The notes: generated by a model from the sequence alone, not told the origin. DNA of 64,000 nt from an uncultured virus (IMG/VR IMGVR_UViG_3300047552_002383) (IMGVR_UViG_3300047552_002383); one strand, 5' to 3'. Counted from the first letter of the stretch, positions 50,169 to 60,221 are shown. Numbers and translations are program-made.

Positions 50169-50375
50169 ATGCTTAAAATTTCTCTTAAGATTTCTGGTGA
50201 TGATCACCAACAAATTAATGATTTATTATTATCATTAAAAAAATTAAAAGGAATTGAAATACAAATTCAAGAAATAGAAGAAGATAATATTATACAAAAT
50301 TTATCTCAAAATTTACGTCAATTAAATCTTATTCGTATGTTTGAAAAAGAGGATAATTTAAATGTCAACTCATGA
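50169..50375 (+). CDS. Hypothetical protein
   Basis: 68 aa; promoter motif 50124. Confidence 0.45.
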   Translation: MLKISLKISGDDHQQINDLLLSLKKLKGIEIQIQEIEEDNIIQNLSQNLRQLNLIRMFEKEDNLNVNS

Positions 50376-50853
50376 TGTACCTGGAGCAAATTCATTAAAC
50401 AATGATGAATTATCAATGGGTTGTTGGGCAGAACATGAAGACGGATCTTTAATTTTTGTACAATCAACTGAAAATGGAAGAGTTGTTTATATGATGTTCG
50501 ATACTGCTGCAAATCCAATTATCGAATATCGAGATGCAATGCCTGAAAATGGATTCAAAGAAACATTTAGTTGGAATCCTAAAAAAGGAGATTCTATACG
50601 ATGGACATGGCACGATAAAACTCCATTTCCATGGGAACGAGTTATAAAAGATGGAGCTAGAGATGGCTTACATTATGCATCAGTAACAGATCAACTTTCA
50701 GCAGCTGCAAAAGTAGCTAGATCTCTTAGAATTAAATCTAAAGTTTTAGATCCTGGTCAATTTGATCATTTAGTTGATAAAGTTAAAAACGGAACTACTT
50801 CTAATAGGGTAATGAGAGCTATTCAAGCTGCAATTAAAGAATTAAAAACATAA
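50362..50853 (+). CDS. Hypothetical phage protein
   Basis: 163 aa; RBS AGAGGA. Confidence 0.6.
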   Translation: MSTHDVPGANSLNNDELSMGCWAEHEDGSLIFVQSTENGRVVYMMFDTAANPIIEYRDAMPENGFKETFSWNPKKGDSIRWTWHDKTPFPWERVIKDGARDGLHYASVTDQLSAAAKVARSLRIKSKVLDPGQFDHLVDKVKNGTTSNRVMRAIQAAIKELKT

Positions 50854-51127
50854 TATGAATGGAATTCAAAGTACAGTAATTTATATTATTTTTGGATTTA
50901 TTATTTCATTATTATTAATTAATTATAAAATATTAGATAAATTAGATAAATTAGAACAGACCACTATTAATAAATGCATTTATAAAAATAATCTAAGCAT
51001 ATGAAAATAATATTACGAAAATGGAATGAATATCCAACAGAAATTTATCCTGGAGATCTATGGATTCTATATTTTTTTGGTAAATTTATAAGTTTTATTA
51101 TAGATAACTTTATTATTCGTCATCCAG

Positions 51128-51460
51128 ATGAAGCCAAATAGATCTAAACAATTAAGTAATGGAGCTGAAAAAAATGAGGGGATAGTCAGATCAGAAATGT
51201 ATTGCCATGATTGTTCAAAACAATTTATTGCAATTATTGACTATTCAATTGATGGAAATCATATTATAATATGTCCTCATTGTGGCCATCAACATTGTCG
51301 ATTAATTAATGATGGTGTAGTTACAGAAACTAGATGGGACAGCATGTCTTCCTCTATAACGGATAGGACAGAAAGAATTTGGACGGATACTAGTCTTAAA
51401 ATGAAAACTAGTTCAACTTCTCATTTTTTAAGAGATAAATGGTTAAATTTTGGTAGATAA
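51128..51460 (+). CDS. Zinc-ribbon protein
   Basis: CHDC...CPHCGHQHC. Confidence 0.55.
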   Translation: MKPNRSKQLSNGAEKNEGIVRSEMYCHDCSKQFIAIIDYSIDGNHIIICPHCGHQHCRLINDGVVTETRWDSMSSSITDRTERIWTDTSLKMKTSSTSHFLRDKWLNFGR

Positions 51461-51622
51461 TGATTAAGGAATTAAAATATGAAAATTCGAATAATTATAT
51501 TAATGGTTTTCTATGTAATTATATTATCATGTAATAATATAGTTTCTAAAAATTATAAAGAATCTCATGAATGTTTTAAAGGATATAAGATGACTAATTG
51601 TAACTAAATTTTAATAAGCAAC

Positions 51623-52249
51623 ATGAGTATTAGTTCAACTACATCTGGGAATTATATAACAATACCATATATTTATTCTACATCTACAAGTACAAATATT
51701 ATATATTCAAATACATCAACATCAAATATAATAGTTAATACAGACTTAAGTAATACATCTATATTTGAAAATAATTATAAAGATTTATGTAAATTTTATG
51801 GAATAGATATAGATAATAAAAAAGTTATAGCTAATCATGGATGGATGGTAGAAACCCCAGATGGTACTATTATCAAAATAGATACTGACGGGAATATTAA
51901 AATAATAGACGATAATGCTAAAATTATTTATAAAGCATCTCGATTTAGAGAATTTAACAAATATATTAATGCAAGTGATTTATTAGAAGAATTTATTCGA
52001 TTTAGCGGCAGCTTAGGAATTCGACAATCGGAAGTTCTTAATATACCAATTGAATTATTTATTAATTGGTTAATTTTAAAAGCTGCTGAACAAGATGGTG
52101 AATCTTTAAATGATATACCACAAATAAAATACCAAAAAAAAATAAAAAGATGTTTATATTGTGGTAGATTTATTAAAAACTCTACTTATGAACTTGCAAA
52201 ATTTTGCACTCCACAACATTATCAATATTTTATTGATCATAAAAAATGA
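51623..52249 (+). CDS. Hypothetical protein with C-terminal Cys cluster
   Basis: Ser/Thr-rich N-terminus; CLYCGRFI...FC...H. Confidence 0.55.
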   Translation: MSISSTTSGNYITIPYIYSTSTSTNIIYSNTSTSNIIVNTDLSNTSIFENNYKDLCKFYGIDIDNKKVIANHGWMVETPDGTIIKIDTDGNIKIIDDNAKIIYKASRFREFNKYINASDLLEEFIRFSGSLGIRQSEVLNIPIELFINWLILKAAEQDGESLNDIPQIKYQKKIKRCLYCGRFIKNSTYELAKFCTPQHYQYFIDHKK

Positions 52250-52440
52250 ATTTTAAAATATTTATTACATTAATAATTTTTTCTTTATACGTCATGTATA
52301 TGCAAAATAAAGAAGAAAATATAAGATCTGAATTACAAAAAAGTCTCCCTATAAATTGTCAAATTATAAAATTTTTTGATAATTATTTACTTTTTAAATG
52401 TTCAGATGATAATATAGTACGAGTGATTCAGTATGAATAA
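52246..52440 (+). CDS. Small membrane-anchored protein
   Basis: N-terminal TM helix. Confidence 0.45.
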   Translation: MNFKIFITLIIFSLYVMYMQNKEENIRSELQKSLPINCQIIKFFDNYLLFKCSDDNIVRVIQYE

Positions 52441-52813
52441 CTTAAGTATTTCATTTAATGAAATTATCAATAATAATAATTTAGCAGTTTGTGAATTATC
52501 TTTGCTCGCAGATCCAAAATATGTACTTAAAGGTTTAGATATTGATAATAAATTTATAAATTATTCTTGGTATTATTTTAGTAGATTGTTAGTACCTGTT
52601 AAATTAAGAAAACAAGGTATTGGTAATCAAATGCTAAAAAAAATGATAGAATATATGGATGATAATAAATTTAATATTTTATTAGAAATAAATCCATATA
52701 AAAGAGACGAGTATGATCCAAATTTAGAAGACTTAATTAAAATATATTCGAAATTTGGGTTTAAAATAATAAGTGAACCTAGTACAATGATTAGATATTT
52801 TGAAAACAAATAA
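52433..52813 (+). CDS. GNAT-family acetyltransferase
   Basis: RLLVPVKLRKQGIGNQML (acetyl-CoA motif A), IYSKFGF. Confidence 0.8.
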   Translation: MNNLSISFNEIINNNNLAVCELSLLADPKYVLKGLDIDNKFINYSWYYFSRLLVPVKLRKQGIGNQMLKKMIEYMDDNKFNILLEINPYKRDEYDPNLEDLIKIYSKFGFKIISEPSTMIRYFENK

Positions 52814-52846
52814 AAAATCCCCATTCATCTAATGAATGGGGATTTT
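52813..52846. terminator. Bidirectional terminator
   Basis: AAAATCCCCATTCAT / ATGAATGGGGATTTT between convergent genes. Confidence 0.75.
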
Positions 52847-53051
52847 ATAATCTAGCAACTGGTTGTCCATTTGCTATTTTTTTTAAATTTTTTCTAAGAG
52901 TAACTATTACTCTAGAATCACTTGGTGTGGAAGAAGATAATACTCTTCTTCCAAAACCAAGAAAAACCAAATGACCTTTTTTAGTCATTTTGGTCATAAA
53001 TCCTAATGCTTCCGCATATTTTCTAATTTGATTTATTTCTTTAGATGGCAT
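52845..53051 (-). CDS. HicA-like small protein
   Basis: AEALGF...TKKGHL...STPSD pattern. Confidence 0.5.
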   Translation of the reverse strand: MPSKEINQIRKYAEALGFMTKMTKKGHLVFLGFGRRVLSSSTPSDSRVIVTLRKNLKKIANGQPVARL

Positions 53052-53279
53052 TTATTTTTTGGTTTCCTCATTAATATTATATCTATCTAATTTTTCAAAA
53101 AACTGAATTCTTGTACTTATTTGTCCTTGAAAAATATTACCAATCATAATAAAATAACAACCATTACCATTTAACGTTAATCCATTACATAGAAATGAAG
53201 TATTACTCCACCAATCAATAAATGTAGGTTGATAATACTTATCAATTAAATATTGAGTTAATAATTCTTGATTATTCAT
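53052..53279 (-). CDS. Hypothetical protein
   Basis: 75 aa. Confidence 0.45.
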   Translation of the reverse strand: MNNQELLTQYLIDKYYQPTFIDWWSNTSFLCNGLTLNGNGCYFIMIGNIFQGQISTRIQFFEKLDRYNINEETKK

Positions 53280-53336
53280 TCTTTTTTTAATAAAAAAGGG
53301 AAGAAATTTTTATTTCTTCCCTTTTTAATATTATAC

Positions 53337-53786
53337 TTATTTTGGAGGAGTTTTTTTAGGAAATAACGGTATTATTTTATGATTATCATTATCTATTGAT
53401 GAAAGTACCGCTTCCTGAAGATCCGAATTATATTCAGATCTTAAAAAATCAAAAAAATCATCATAAGATTGAAAAGGAATATCTGTTTTAGCTAATACAT
53501 AATTAATAATATTAACTAATTCATTCTTTGTAATTTTTATAAGTTCATTTGAAGGATCGAAAAAAATATTTAATTGATTTAATAATTCTAAAGATGAATT
53601 ACTACTTATATTGATAATAGATTCTGGATTATCTTCACTTTGAACTAAGATCCTTTGAAATGTAATTACTTTTGGTAATTTCCAAAAAGATTTATAATAT
53701 AATATGTATATATCTTTTTTTCCATCAGGACTTATATCTAGCTTGTAATATTCTATTTGATTTAGAATCTTTAAAGGAAGTATCAT
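53337..53786 (-). CDS. Hypothetical protein
   Basis: 149 aa. Confidence 0.5.
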   Translation of the reverse strand: MILPLKILNQIEYYKLDISPDGKKDIYILYYKSFWKLPKVITFQRILVQSEDNPESIINISSNSSLELLNQLNIFFDPSNELIKITKNELVNIINYVLAKTDIPFQSYDDFFDFLRSEYNSDLQEAVLSSIDNDNHKIIPLFPKKTPPK

Positions 53787-53911
53787 TATGTCGTTTATTG
53801 ATTGAAAATTGCGGAGCTATTAGTCTTCTGCTCCTAATTTGATCATCAATTTTTTTTGTTTCATTATTATCATAATTTTCATTCCCCGTTTTCAAAAAAT
53901 CCCCCAAAAAA

Positions 53912-54328
53912 TTAAATATTAGAGAATGGATCAAAATTACCTTGAATTGGACCTGGTGATGATGATTTATTATTTGGTTGTTGATTATTTTGCTGAGGTT
54001 GCTGATTTTGGTTATCTGGTCTTGTTAAGATCTGAACTCTATCTATTGTAATAGCATAATAAGTCTTACCCTCTTGGCCAGAGTTTATTTCTAATTGGCC
54101 ACTAACTAATACTCGCGTTCCCTTTTTTAAATATTCTACAATTTTAACATTTCGAAACATATTACATTGGAACCATACAGTATTTTCCTGTTGAGATCCA
54201 TTTCTTGCCATATTACCGGCAATATTAAATGTAACACATTGTATATTTTGTTGGCCGATGGTTTTTACTTCAGCATCCCGACCAAGATTTCCTTCAATAG
54301 TAAATACGTTAAAAGTTTGTCTAGCCAT
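53912..54328 (-). CDS. ssb: Single-stranded DNA-binding protein
   Basis: GNLGRDAE, WFQC..F, YLKKGTRVLVSGQL, Gln-rich linker, FDPF tail. Confidence 0.9.
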   Translation of the reverse strand: MARQTFNVFTIEGNLGRDAEVKTIGQQNIQCVTFNIAGNMARNGSQQENTVWFQCNMFRNVKIVEYLKKGTRVLVSGQLEINSGQEGKTYYAITIDRVQILTRPDNQNQQPQQNNQQPNNKSSSPGPIQGNFDPFSNI

Positions 54329-54342
54329 TATTTAAAAAATCT

Positions 54343-54714
54343 CTATAAATTATTTATATCTAAAGGTCCAACTAAGGTTTCGTAATTTTTGATACAATCT
54401 TTACATCTTAATAATAAACTTTTTAATGCTTTTTGTTTATTCACTTCTGAATTTAAAATATAATTATTACTAATATAATCATTAAAATCAAATGTAATTA
54501 ACGGCGATTTATGATTATAATTTCGTCGAGTCATTTCTTCAGCACATAAATCATGATACCAGAATAGTGATTTTAATTCTAATAAATTATTATCAACATA
54601 TCCTTTCATGTCTATTCTTTTTTTGATCGACCCAGCAAACATATGACATTCAACATGCTGACCTTGTAAATGCTGTCTACATAATATCACTGGATTAATC
54701 ATCCACATTCTCAT
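54343..54714 (-). CDS. Pyrimidine-dimer DNA glycosylase (DenV-like)
   Basis: MRMW...LCRQHLQGQHVECH...EMTRRNYNHKSP. Confidence 0.75.
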   Translation of the reverse strand: MRMWMINPVILCRQHLQGQHVECHMFAGSIKKRIDMKGYVDNNLLELKSLFWYHDLCAEEMTRRNYNHKSPLITFDFNDYISNNYILNSEVNKQKALKSLLLRCKDCIKNYETLVGPLDINNL

Positions 54715-54744
54715 ATTAATTTTTCATAAAAATAATAATTATGT

Positions 54745-54760
54745 AATATTATATCTATAT
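54745..54760 (-). promoter_or_regulatory. Candidate phage promoter (representative - strand copy)
   Basis: TATCTATA core also at 1365, 1611, 7546, 10857, 23340, 23389, 23584, 24364, 24546, 47711 and 48224, mostly upstream of - strand genes. Confidence 0.75.
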
Positions 54761-54880
54761 ATCTTTTTTTGAAAACAAAATCATTACATTTCCCCAGCTC
54801 ACAAAAAATATAGAAATTATAAACTAGGTACAAAAAATACCTTTTCTTAAAAGAAAACAACAATCATAGGATACTTTGAA

Positions 54881-56080
54881 ATGAGCGAAAAAACAAAATT
54901 TTCATTCTCTGCTGTTAATAATACAAATGTTCTTTTATATATTGATAGAAAACCTATAAATATATCTATTGATAAATTACTATCTATTGTAGAATCTAAA
55001 AAAATTAATGAAATATCTAATTCAAAAACAAATATAAAAACTATAGAATATCTTATTAAAGATAATATTTTTATCCATGGTATAAATAATAATAATGAAA
55101 TTAAACTAAATAAAATATCAAGATTTTACGAATTTGAAAATTTATCAAATTTATTTGAAATTTTACCATATTCACTAAGTCCATTTTATTTGTCATCTTT
55201 TAATAGTTTTATAAATAATAAAAATGATAGTGAAACTATTTTTTATGAAAATGAGAATGAAAAACTCATAAAAAGAAATTTTAAACTTTTAGGTAATAAG
55301 ATTGATAATATTGACGACATAGAATTAACTAATCATTTAGGTTATATTATTGGAGTATTTTTAGGCAGAGGGTATTTTGAAAAAAAAGATAGAAATCTTA
55401 AAGGAAATACTGTAATCTTAGGTGTAAAGGATAATTTTGAAATATTACATACTATTTTAGATTCTAAATTAAATATTTCATATTATCATAAAAAAGTTGA
55501 TGATAAAATTGATAATTTCACAATTCTAGATCAAAAATTAAATGATTTTTTTAATACCCATTTTAATATACGCAGAATTCCAGATTGGTTTTATTCATCG
55601 CCATATTCATTTTTAAATGGCTTTTTACATGGATTTTTTCAAACTAATGGAACAGTTACATTTAATAAAGAATCTACAAAATCATTCGTTACATTTAAAA
55701 TTTCTGGGATTAGCTTTGCTCATGAAATTATTAATCTATTTACAAATAGATATGGTTCATTAATAACTTTTTCTCTTATTCCAGATAAAAGTTTTTGTAA
55801 AATTTCTATAAAATTAACAAAAGAATTATATGGATTATTAGATAGTGGATTTAATTATAAAAATATTTTCAATGAAAATAAAAGAGAATTACTAGTCAAG
55901 TCATCTGGTATATTCTTTTCTAATCCACAATATATTCCATATCGTTATAGAAAAACAAAAGTCTCAACTGGCTATAATTTATTTATACCTAATTGTAAAG
56001 GTTTTGTTATAGGAAATGGATTATTTATTTCTTCTATTCCTATTCCTTTCAATAATTTCAAAAAGAAAATATCTAATTAA
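54881..56080 (+). CDS. Free-standing, degenerate intein/LAGLIDADG-like protein
   Basis: Block-A-like SAVNNTNVLL; LAGLIDADG-like LGYIIGVFLGRG and FLHGFFQTNG; block F/G-like GYNLFIPNCKGFVIGNGLFISS; catalytic Asp residues and terminal His-Asn are missing. Confidence 0.65.
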   Translation: MSEKTKFSFSAVNNTNVLLYIDRKPINISIDKLLSIVESKKINEISNSKTNIKTIEYLIKDNIFIHGINNNNEIKLNKISRFYEFENLSNLFEILPYSLSPFYLSSFNSFINNKNDSETIFYENENEKLIKRNFKLLGNKIDNIDDIELTNHLGYIIGVFLGRGYFEKKDRNLKGNTVILGVKDNFEILHTILDSKLNISYYHKKVDDKIDNFTILDQKLNDFFNTHFNIRRIPDWFYSSPYSFLNGFLHGFFQTNGTVTFNKESTKSFVTFKISGISFAHEIINLFTNRYGSLITFSLIPDKSFCKISIKLTKELYGLLDSGFNYKNIFNENKRELLVKSSGIFFSNPQYIPYRYRKTKVSTGYNLFIPNCKGFVIGNGLFISSIPIPFNNFKKKISN

Positions 56081-56143
56081 ATATATAGATATAATAAAGG
56101 AGAAAGATTTTTCTTTCTCCTTTTTTTAACATAAAATAAAAAT

Positions 56144-57049
56144 ATGATTGAAAAAGATTTCTGGCATATCGTAGAGAAAAAACTTAAATATGTTCTTTAT
56201 GGAGATACCGATAGTTTATTCGTTCATTTACCAACTCTTGATAATACAGATATTGAGAATTCATTAGCTAAATCTTCTGAAGTTGCTAAAAATATTAATA
56301 ATTTAATAACCAATTATTTAAATACAACATTATTACCAAAATTACATGTCTCGCCAACTCATAATTATACAGAATTTAAAAATGAGTTTATATGTAATAG
56401 AATAATGTTTTTAGATATCAAAAAAAATTATGCATATAGTATGATTTCAAAAGAAGGTAAGATTTTTGATCCACCTTCAGTTGAATATACTGGTATCCCA
56501 ATTGTTAGAAGTAATATTAATGAATTTAGTAAAGAATTGCTAAGAGATCTTATAGAAAAAATTGTACTAAATTCAAAACTAAATAAACAAAATATAATCC
56601 AAGAATTAGGAAGATTAGCTCAAGAAAAAAATGATTATTTAAATCTGCAAATAAAAAATGGAAATTTTAAATATTTTGCAGTACCAGTAAGATGGAATGA
56701 TGGTGATTATATTAAAGACCCATCTTCTGTGGTAGGTATGAGATTATATAATTCATTAATCGGAACTGAAATTTTCAGACCATTATCTAGTTCTTTACAA
56801 ATACCTATTGAAATTAGTAACGATTCAAAAATAAAAACATTAGATTTAAATACAAAATTTGGTATCAATCAAGAACATTTAAATATATTAAATTTTATAT
56901 GTTTACCTTATAATTATAATCCAGAAGAAGTATTTGAGTTATTTAAACAATTTAATATATCAGTAATGAATAATTTATGGGGAAAATTTACAGAAGCTAC
57001 AACTATTCAAAAAGTCGTAAATTTAATTAAAGATTTTGCAAAAAAATAA
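56144..57049 (+). CDS. Family-B DNA polymerase, C-terminal fragment (motif C + thumb)
   Basis: YGDTDSLFV, KKNYAY, YTGIPIVRSN; no motif A/B or exonuclease domain. Confidence 0.85.
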   Translation: MIEKDFWHIVEKKLKYVLYGDTDSLFVHLPTLDNTDIENSLAKSSEVAKNINNLITNYLNTTLLPKLHVSPTHNYTEFKNEFICNRIMFLDIKKNYAYSMISKEGKIFDPPSVEYTGIPIVRSNINEFSKELLRDLIEKIVLNSKLNKQNIIQELGRLAQEKNDYLNLQIKNGNFKYFAVPVRWNDGDYIKDPSSVVGMRLYNSLIGTEIFRPLSSSLQIPIEISNDSKIKTLDLNTKFGINQEHLNILNFICLPYNYNPEEVFELFKQFNISVMNNLWGKFTEATTIQKVVNLIKDFAKK

Positions 57050-57053
57050 TATC

Positions 57054-57770
57054 ATGAAAAATAAAGCAATTAGTTTATCTGGTGGATTAGACTCTACAGT
57101 ACTTAGCTATAAAATAGTAAATGAATTTGGAGCAGATAAAGTAAAAGCATTGACATTTAATTATGGTCAACGGCATTCTATTGAAGTTGAAAAGGCTAAG
57201 ATAACTTGTGAAATATTAAATATTGAACATAAAGTAATTGATATTTCTTTTCTTGGAGATTTAGTATCTACATCTAGTTCTTTAATAAAAGGAAGTGAAA
57301 TTGAAGTTCCTACAATTAAAGAAATATTAGGGAATCCTCAACCAGTTACATATGTACCATATCGTAATTTAATATTTCTAGCTTTAACTCTATCATTTGC
57401 TGAATCACATGATGCAGATGAAATATTTATTGCATCACAATCACAAGATTTATATGCATATTGGGACAATAGTCAAGAATTTATTAATAAAATAAATGAA
57501 ATATCTCAATTAAATCGTTTACACGAAATAAAGATATCTGCACCATTTGTACACTTATCAAAAGCAGATGAAATTAAAATTGGTAGAGAATTAAATGTGC
57601 CGTTTAAAAATTGTTTTACTTGTTATAATCCTAATGAATTAGAAGAAAGTTGCGGTAAATGTCCTAGTTGTGCAGAAAGAATTAAAGCATTTATGGAAAA
57701 TCATTTAGTTGATCCTATTCCATATCAGATCGATATTCCATGGACCCCATGGAGTTCAGAATGTTTGTAA
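57054..57770 (+). CDS. queC: 7-cyano-7-deazaguanine synthase
   Basis: LSGGLDST, FNYGQRH..E, TYVPYRN, CY...CGKCPSC. Confidence 0.93.
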   Translation: MKNKAISLSGGLDSTVLSYKIVNEFGADKVKALTFNYGQRHSIEVEKAKITCEILNIEHKVIDISFLGDLVSTSSSLIKGSEIEVPTIKEILGNPQPVTYVPYRNLIFLALTLSFAESHDADEIFIASQSQDLYAYWDNSQEFINKINEISQLNRLHEIKISAPFVHLSKADEIKIGRELNVPFKNCFTCYNPNELEESCGKCPSCAERIKAFMENHLVDPIPYQIDIPWTPWSSECL

Positions 57771-57831
57771 AAATTTCAGATGTAGAAGTAATTATCTGAA
57801 ACTTTTGACTGTATTATCAGAAACTAAATAA

Positions 57832-58173
57832 ATGGAGATAATTAGTTTATTTCAGTGGACATCTACTTCTGATAAATATCAATTATATACATATACTGAT
57901 GGGGAAAATAGATATCCCATTACTAATAATGGATCTGTATTTTTTTATAGTGATATAAATCATGTTATAAAAGATATTTTAAAAAATAATAAAATTTATA
58001 TACCATTTTCGGATTCAAATAGTAAAGAAATATTTGAAATAAATAAAATTATAAGTATTTATGATGAAAAATTTAATATTATTATTGAAGATATTGGGAA
58101 TATTGATTATATTTATTCTTTATGCGAATATTATAGTTTATATCGCAGACAGTTTGAAAACTTCACATTCTAA
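57832..58173 (+). CDS. Hypothetical protein
   Basis: 113 aa. Confidence 0.5.
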   Translation: MEIISLFQWTSTSDKYQLYTYTDGENRYPITNNGSVFFYSDINHVIKDILKNNKIYIPFSDSNSKEIFEINKIISIYDEKFNIIIEDIGNIDYIYSLCEYYSLYRRQFENFTF

Positions 58174-58175
58174 TT

Positions 58176-58799
58176 ATGTTTATAGTAATTGAAGGTATTG
58201 ATGGTTCAGGTAAAACGACAATTGTTAATGAATTATATAAATATTGTGTTAATACTTTAAAAGTAAAAGTATTAAAAATAAAATTCCCACAATATGAATC
58301 TCCTTATGGACAAATCATTTCCAAATATTTAAATAATGAATATAGAAATGATCTTGAGCCTTGGATAATAAATACATTATTCGATTGTGATAAATTTAAT
58401 TATAAAGTAATTCTCAAACATCTTTTAGAAAATAATGATATAATTATCGCAGATAGATATATATTATCAAATATTGCATATTCATGCGCTAGATTAAAAA
58501 ATATTCAAAAATCTGAAACGGTAATTGATCAACTTGTATATTTAAATACTCAAATATTTGAATTACCTTCTCCAGATATTACATTTACAATGGATATAGA
58601 TCTTGAGAATTATTTAAAAATTAAAAAAGTTAGAGAGGTGACCAGAGGGAATGATATTTTAGAAAATGATCTTGAATTATTAGATAATTGTAGATCATCT
58701 TATAATATGTTCGAAACCATGGGACTTTGCATTAAAGTTCCTTATGTAGGTGTGGATAATCGATTAAAAATTATAATAGATCATATTTCTAAAATATGA
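58176..58799 (+). CDS. tmk: Thymidylate kinase
   Basis: FIVIEGIDGSGKTT, KFP, IIADRY..S..AY, PDITF. Confidence 0.88.
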   Translation: MFIVIEGIDGSGKTTIVNELYKYCVNTLKVKVLKIKFPQYESPYGQIISKYLNNEYRNDLEPWIINTLFDCDKFNYKVILKHLLENNDIIIADRYILSNIAYSCARLKNIQKSETVIDQLVYLNTQIFELPSPDITFTMDIDLENYLKIKKVREVTRGNDILENDLELLDNCRSSYNMFETMGLCIKVPYVGVDNRLKIIIDHISKI

Positions 58800-58821
58800 T
58801 TATAATATAGGAAAATAAAAA

Positions 58822-59067
58822 ATGATACTAAACAATATAAATAATCTAATATTAGAATTAGACAATAATACTCATATGATTCGCGAAAATATAAAAAGGA
58901 ATCAAACCGTGGATATTGTTTTAAAAAAAGATCAGCCTACAGGTATTTTAACAAGAGGAAAAGTTCATAAAATTTTATCTCCTGGAAAAATACATACTAG
59001 AGGTATTAAAGTAATGCTATCCGATGGAAAAGTTGGAAGAGTTCAACGGATAATTAATGATGTGTAG
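58822..59067 (+). CDS. YwbE-like small protein carrying the shared N-terminal leader
   Basis: MILNNINNLILE then RENIK...VDIVLKKDQPTG.LTRG.V..IL...H.RGIKV.L.DG.VGRVQ. Confidence 0.7.
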   Translation: MILNNINNLILELDNNTHMIRENIKRNQTVDIVLKKDQPTGILTRGKVHKILSPGKIHTRGIKVMLSDGKVGRVQRIINDV

Positions 59068-59722
59068 TATAATTGGATCATTCGATAGTGATTATATTGT
59101 TGGTTTATATCTATTAAATAAAAGTAGAGGGAATTTTAGTCATTCAATTTCATATATTGATCCAATAACTACAGATTTTAATATTATTAAACAAGATTTT
59201 GGTGAAGTTGATAATCTATATGATATTGTATCTTCACAAGAATTTAAAAATAAGTATATAGTAATGCATAATCAAGCTCCAACTGGTGGCTTGATAAAGA
59301 ACGATGCTTATATACATCCGGCACATATTCAAGATAAAAATACAAATCATTATTTATATCATAATGGTATTGTTAAAACTAGAGATATGGTGCGTTTAGA
59401 ACGATTACTAAATCAAAAATTCGAATGGGATACGTATGCTATTTTAGCAGATATTATTGAAAATGGATTATTAGGATCTTTAAAATTTTTGGATGCTTCT
59501 TTTGCATGTTTATATATTAAACAAGGCAATGAAGTATTATTATTTAGAAATAAGAGTTCTATAATTTATTATGATGAAAATTTAACAATATCATCTCAAA
59601 AATTTGAGAATTCAATCGAACTTCCACCAAATAATCTTTTCCAATTAAATTTTAATACAAAACAACTTGTAATAGTCGATTCTTTTAAAAATATTGATGA
59701 TAAATATTTTTTCGCTAGTTAA
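59057..59722 (+). CDS. Class II (Ntn) glutamine amidotransferase-like protein
   Basis: MCSIIG N-terminal Cys, SRG, HNQAPT, HP, HNGIV, WDT. Confidence 0.8.
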   Translation: MMCSIIGSFDSDYIVGLYLLNKSRGNFSHSISYIDPITTDFNIIKQDFGEVDNLYDIVSSQEFKNKYIVMHNQAPTGGLIKNDAYIHPAHIQDKNTNHYLYHNGIVKTRDMVRLERLLNQKFEWDTYAILADIIENGLLGSLKFLDASFACLYIKQGNEVLLFRNKSSIIYYDENLTISSQKFENSIELPPNNLFQLNFNTKQLVIVDSFKNIDDKYFFAS

Positions 59723-59763
59723 TATAGATATTATATCATTTAACCAACTTTAAAATTATCATC

Positions 59764-60150
59764 ATGTTAAATTTTACCGTACCTGCTTGGGTTATTATTG
59801 TAGTGGTAATTATTTTTGCAATTATAGATACAATAAGATCTAGACGTGCAAAATATAAACTACCATATGAATTGATGGATCGCCACACGTCAGAACTATT
59901 GGAAAAGAATTCAAAGATATATGAAACATCTATTGAATTCTATAAAGAAATAATCAAAGGATATGAAGAACAAATGGAAATTTTACAACAAGCAACAAGA
60001 ACTACAATAAATGATTCGGTAGAAATGTTGAAATTTAATGAATATATAATAAAAAAAATTATCGAAAAGGATTTTGACGAAAGTGAAATTCAAGATTTAA
60101 TAGAAACTCATGAAATATTAAAAGAACAAATTTCAATGGTTTCAAAATAG
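59764..60150 (+). CDS. Membrane-anchored coiled-coil protein
   Basis: N-terminal TM; promoter motif 59723; terminator 60156-60188. Confidence 0.55.
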   Translation: MLNFTVPAWVIIVVVIIFAIIDTIRSRRAKYKLPYELMDRHTSELLEKNSKIYETSIEFYKEIIKGYEEQMEILQQATRTTINDSVEMLKFNEYIIKKIIEKDFDESEIQDLIETHEILKEQISMVSK

Positions 60151-60221
60151 TATGGAAAAGGCCTTCTAATAAAATAGAAGGCCTTTTTATTTTTAAAAAT
60201 TATATATAGATATTATATAAC

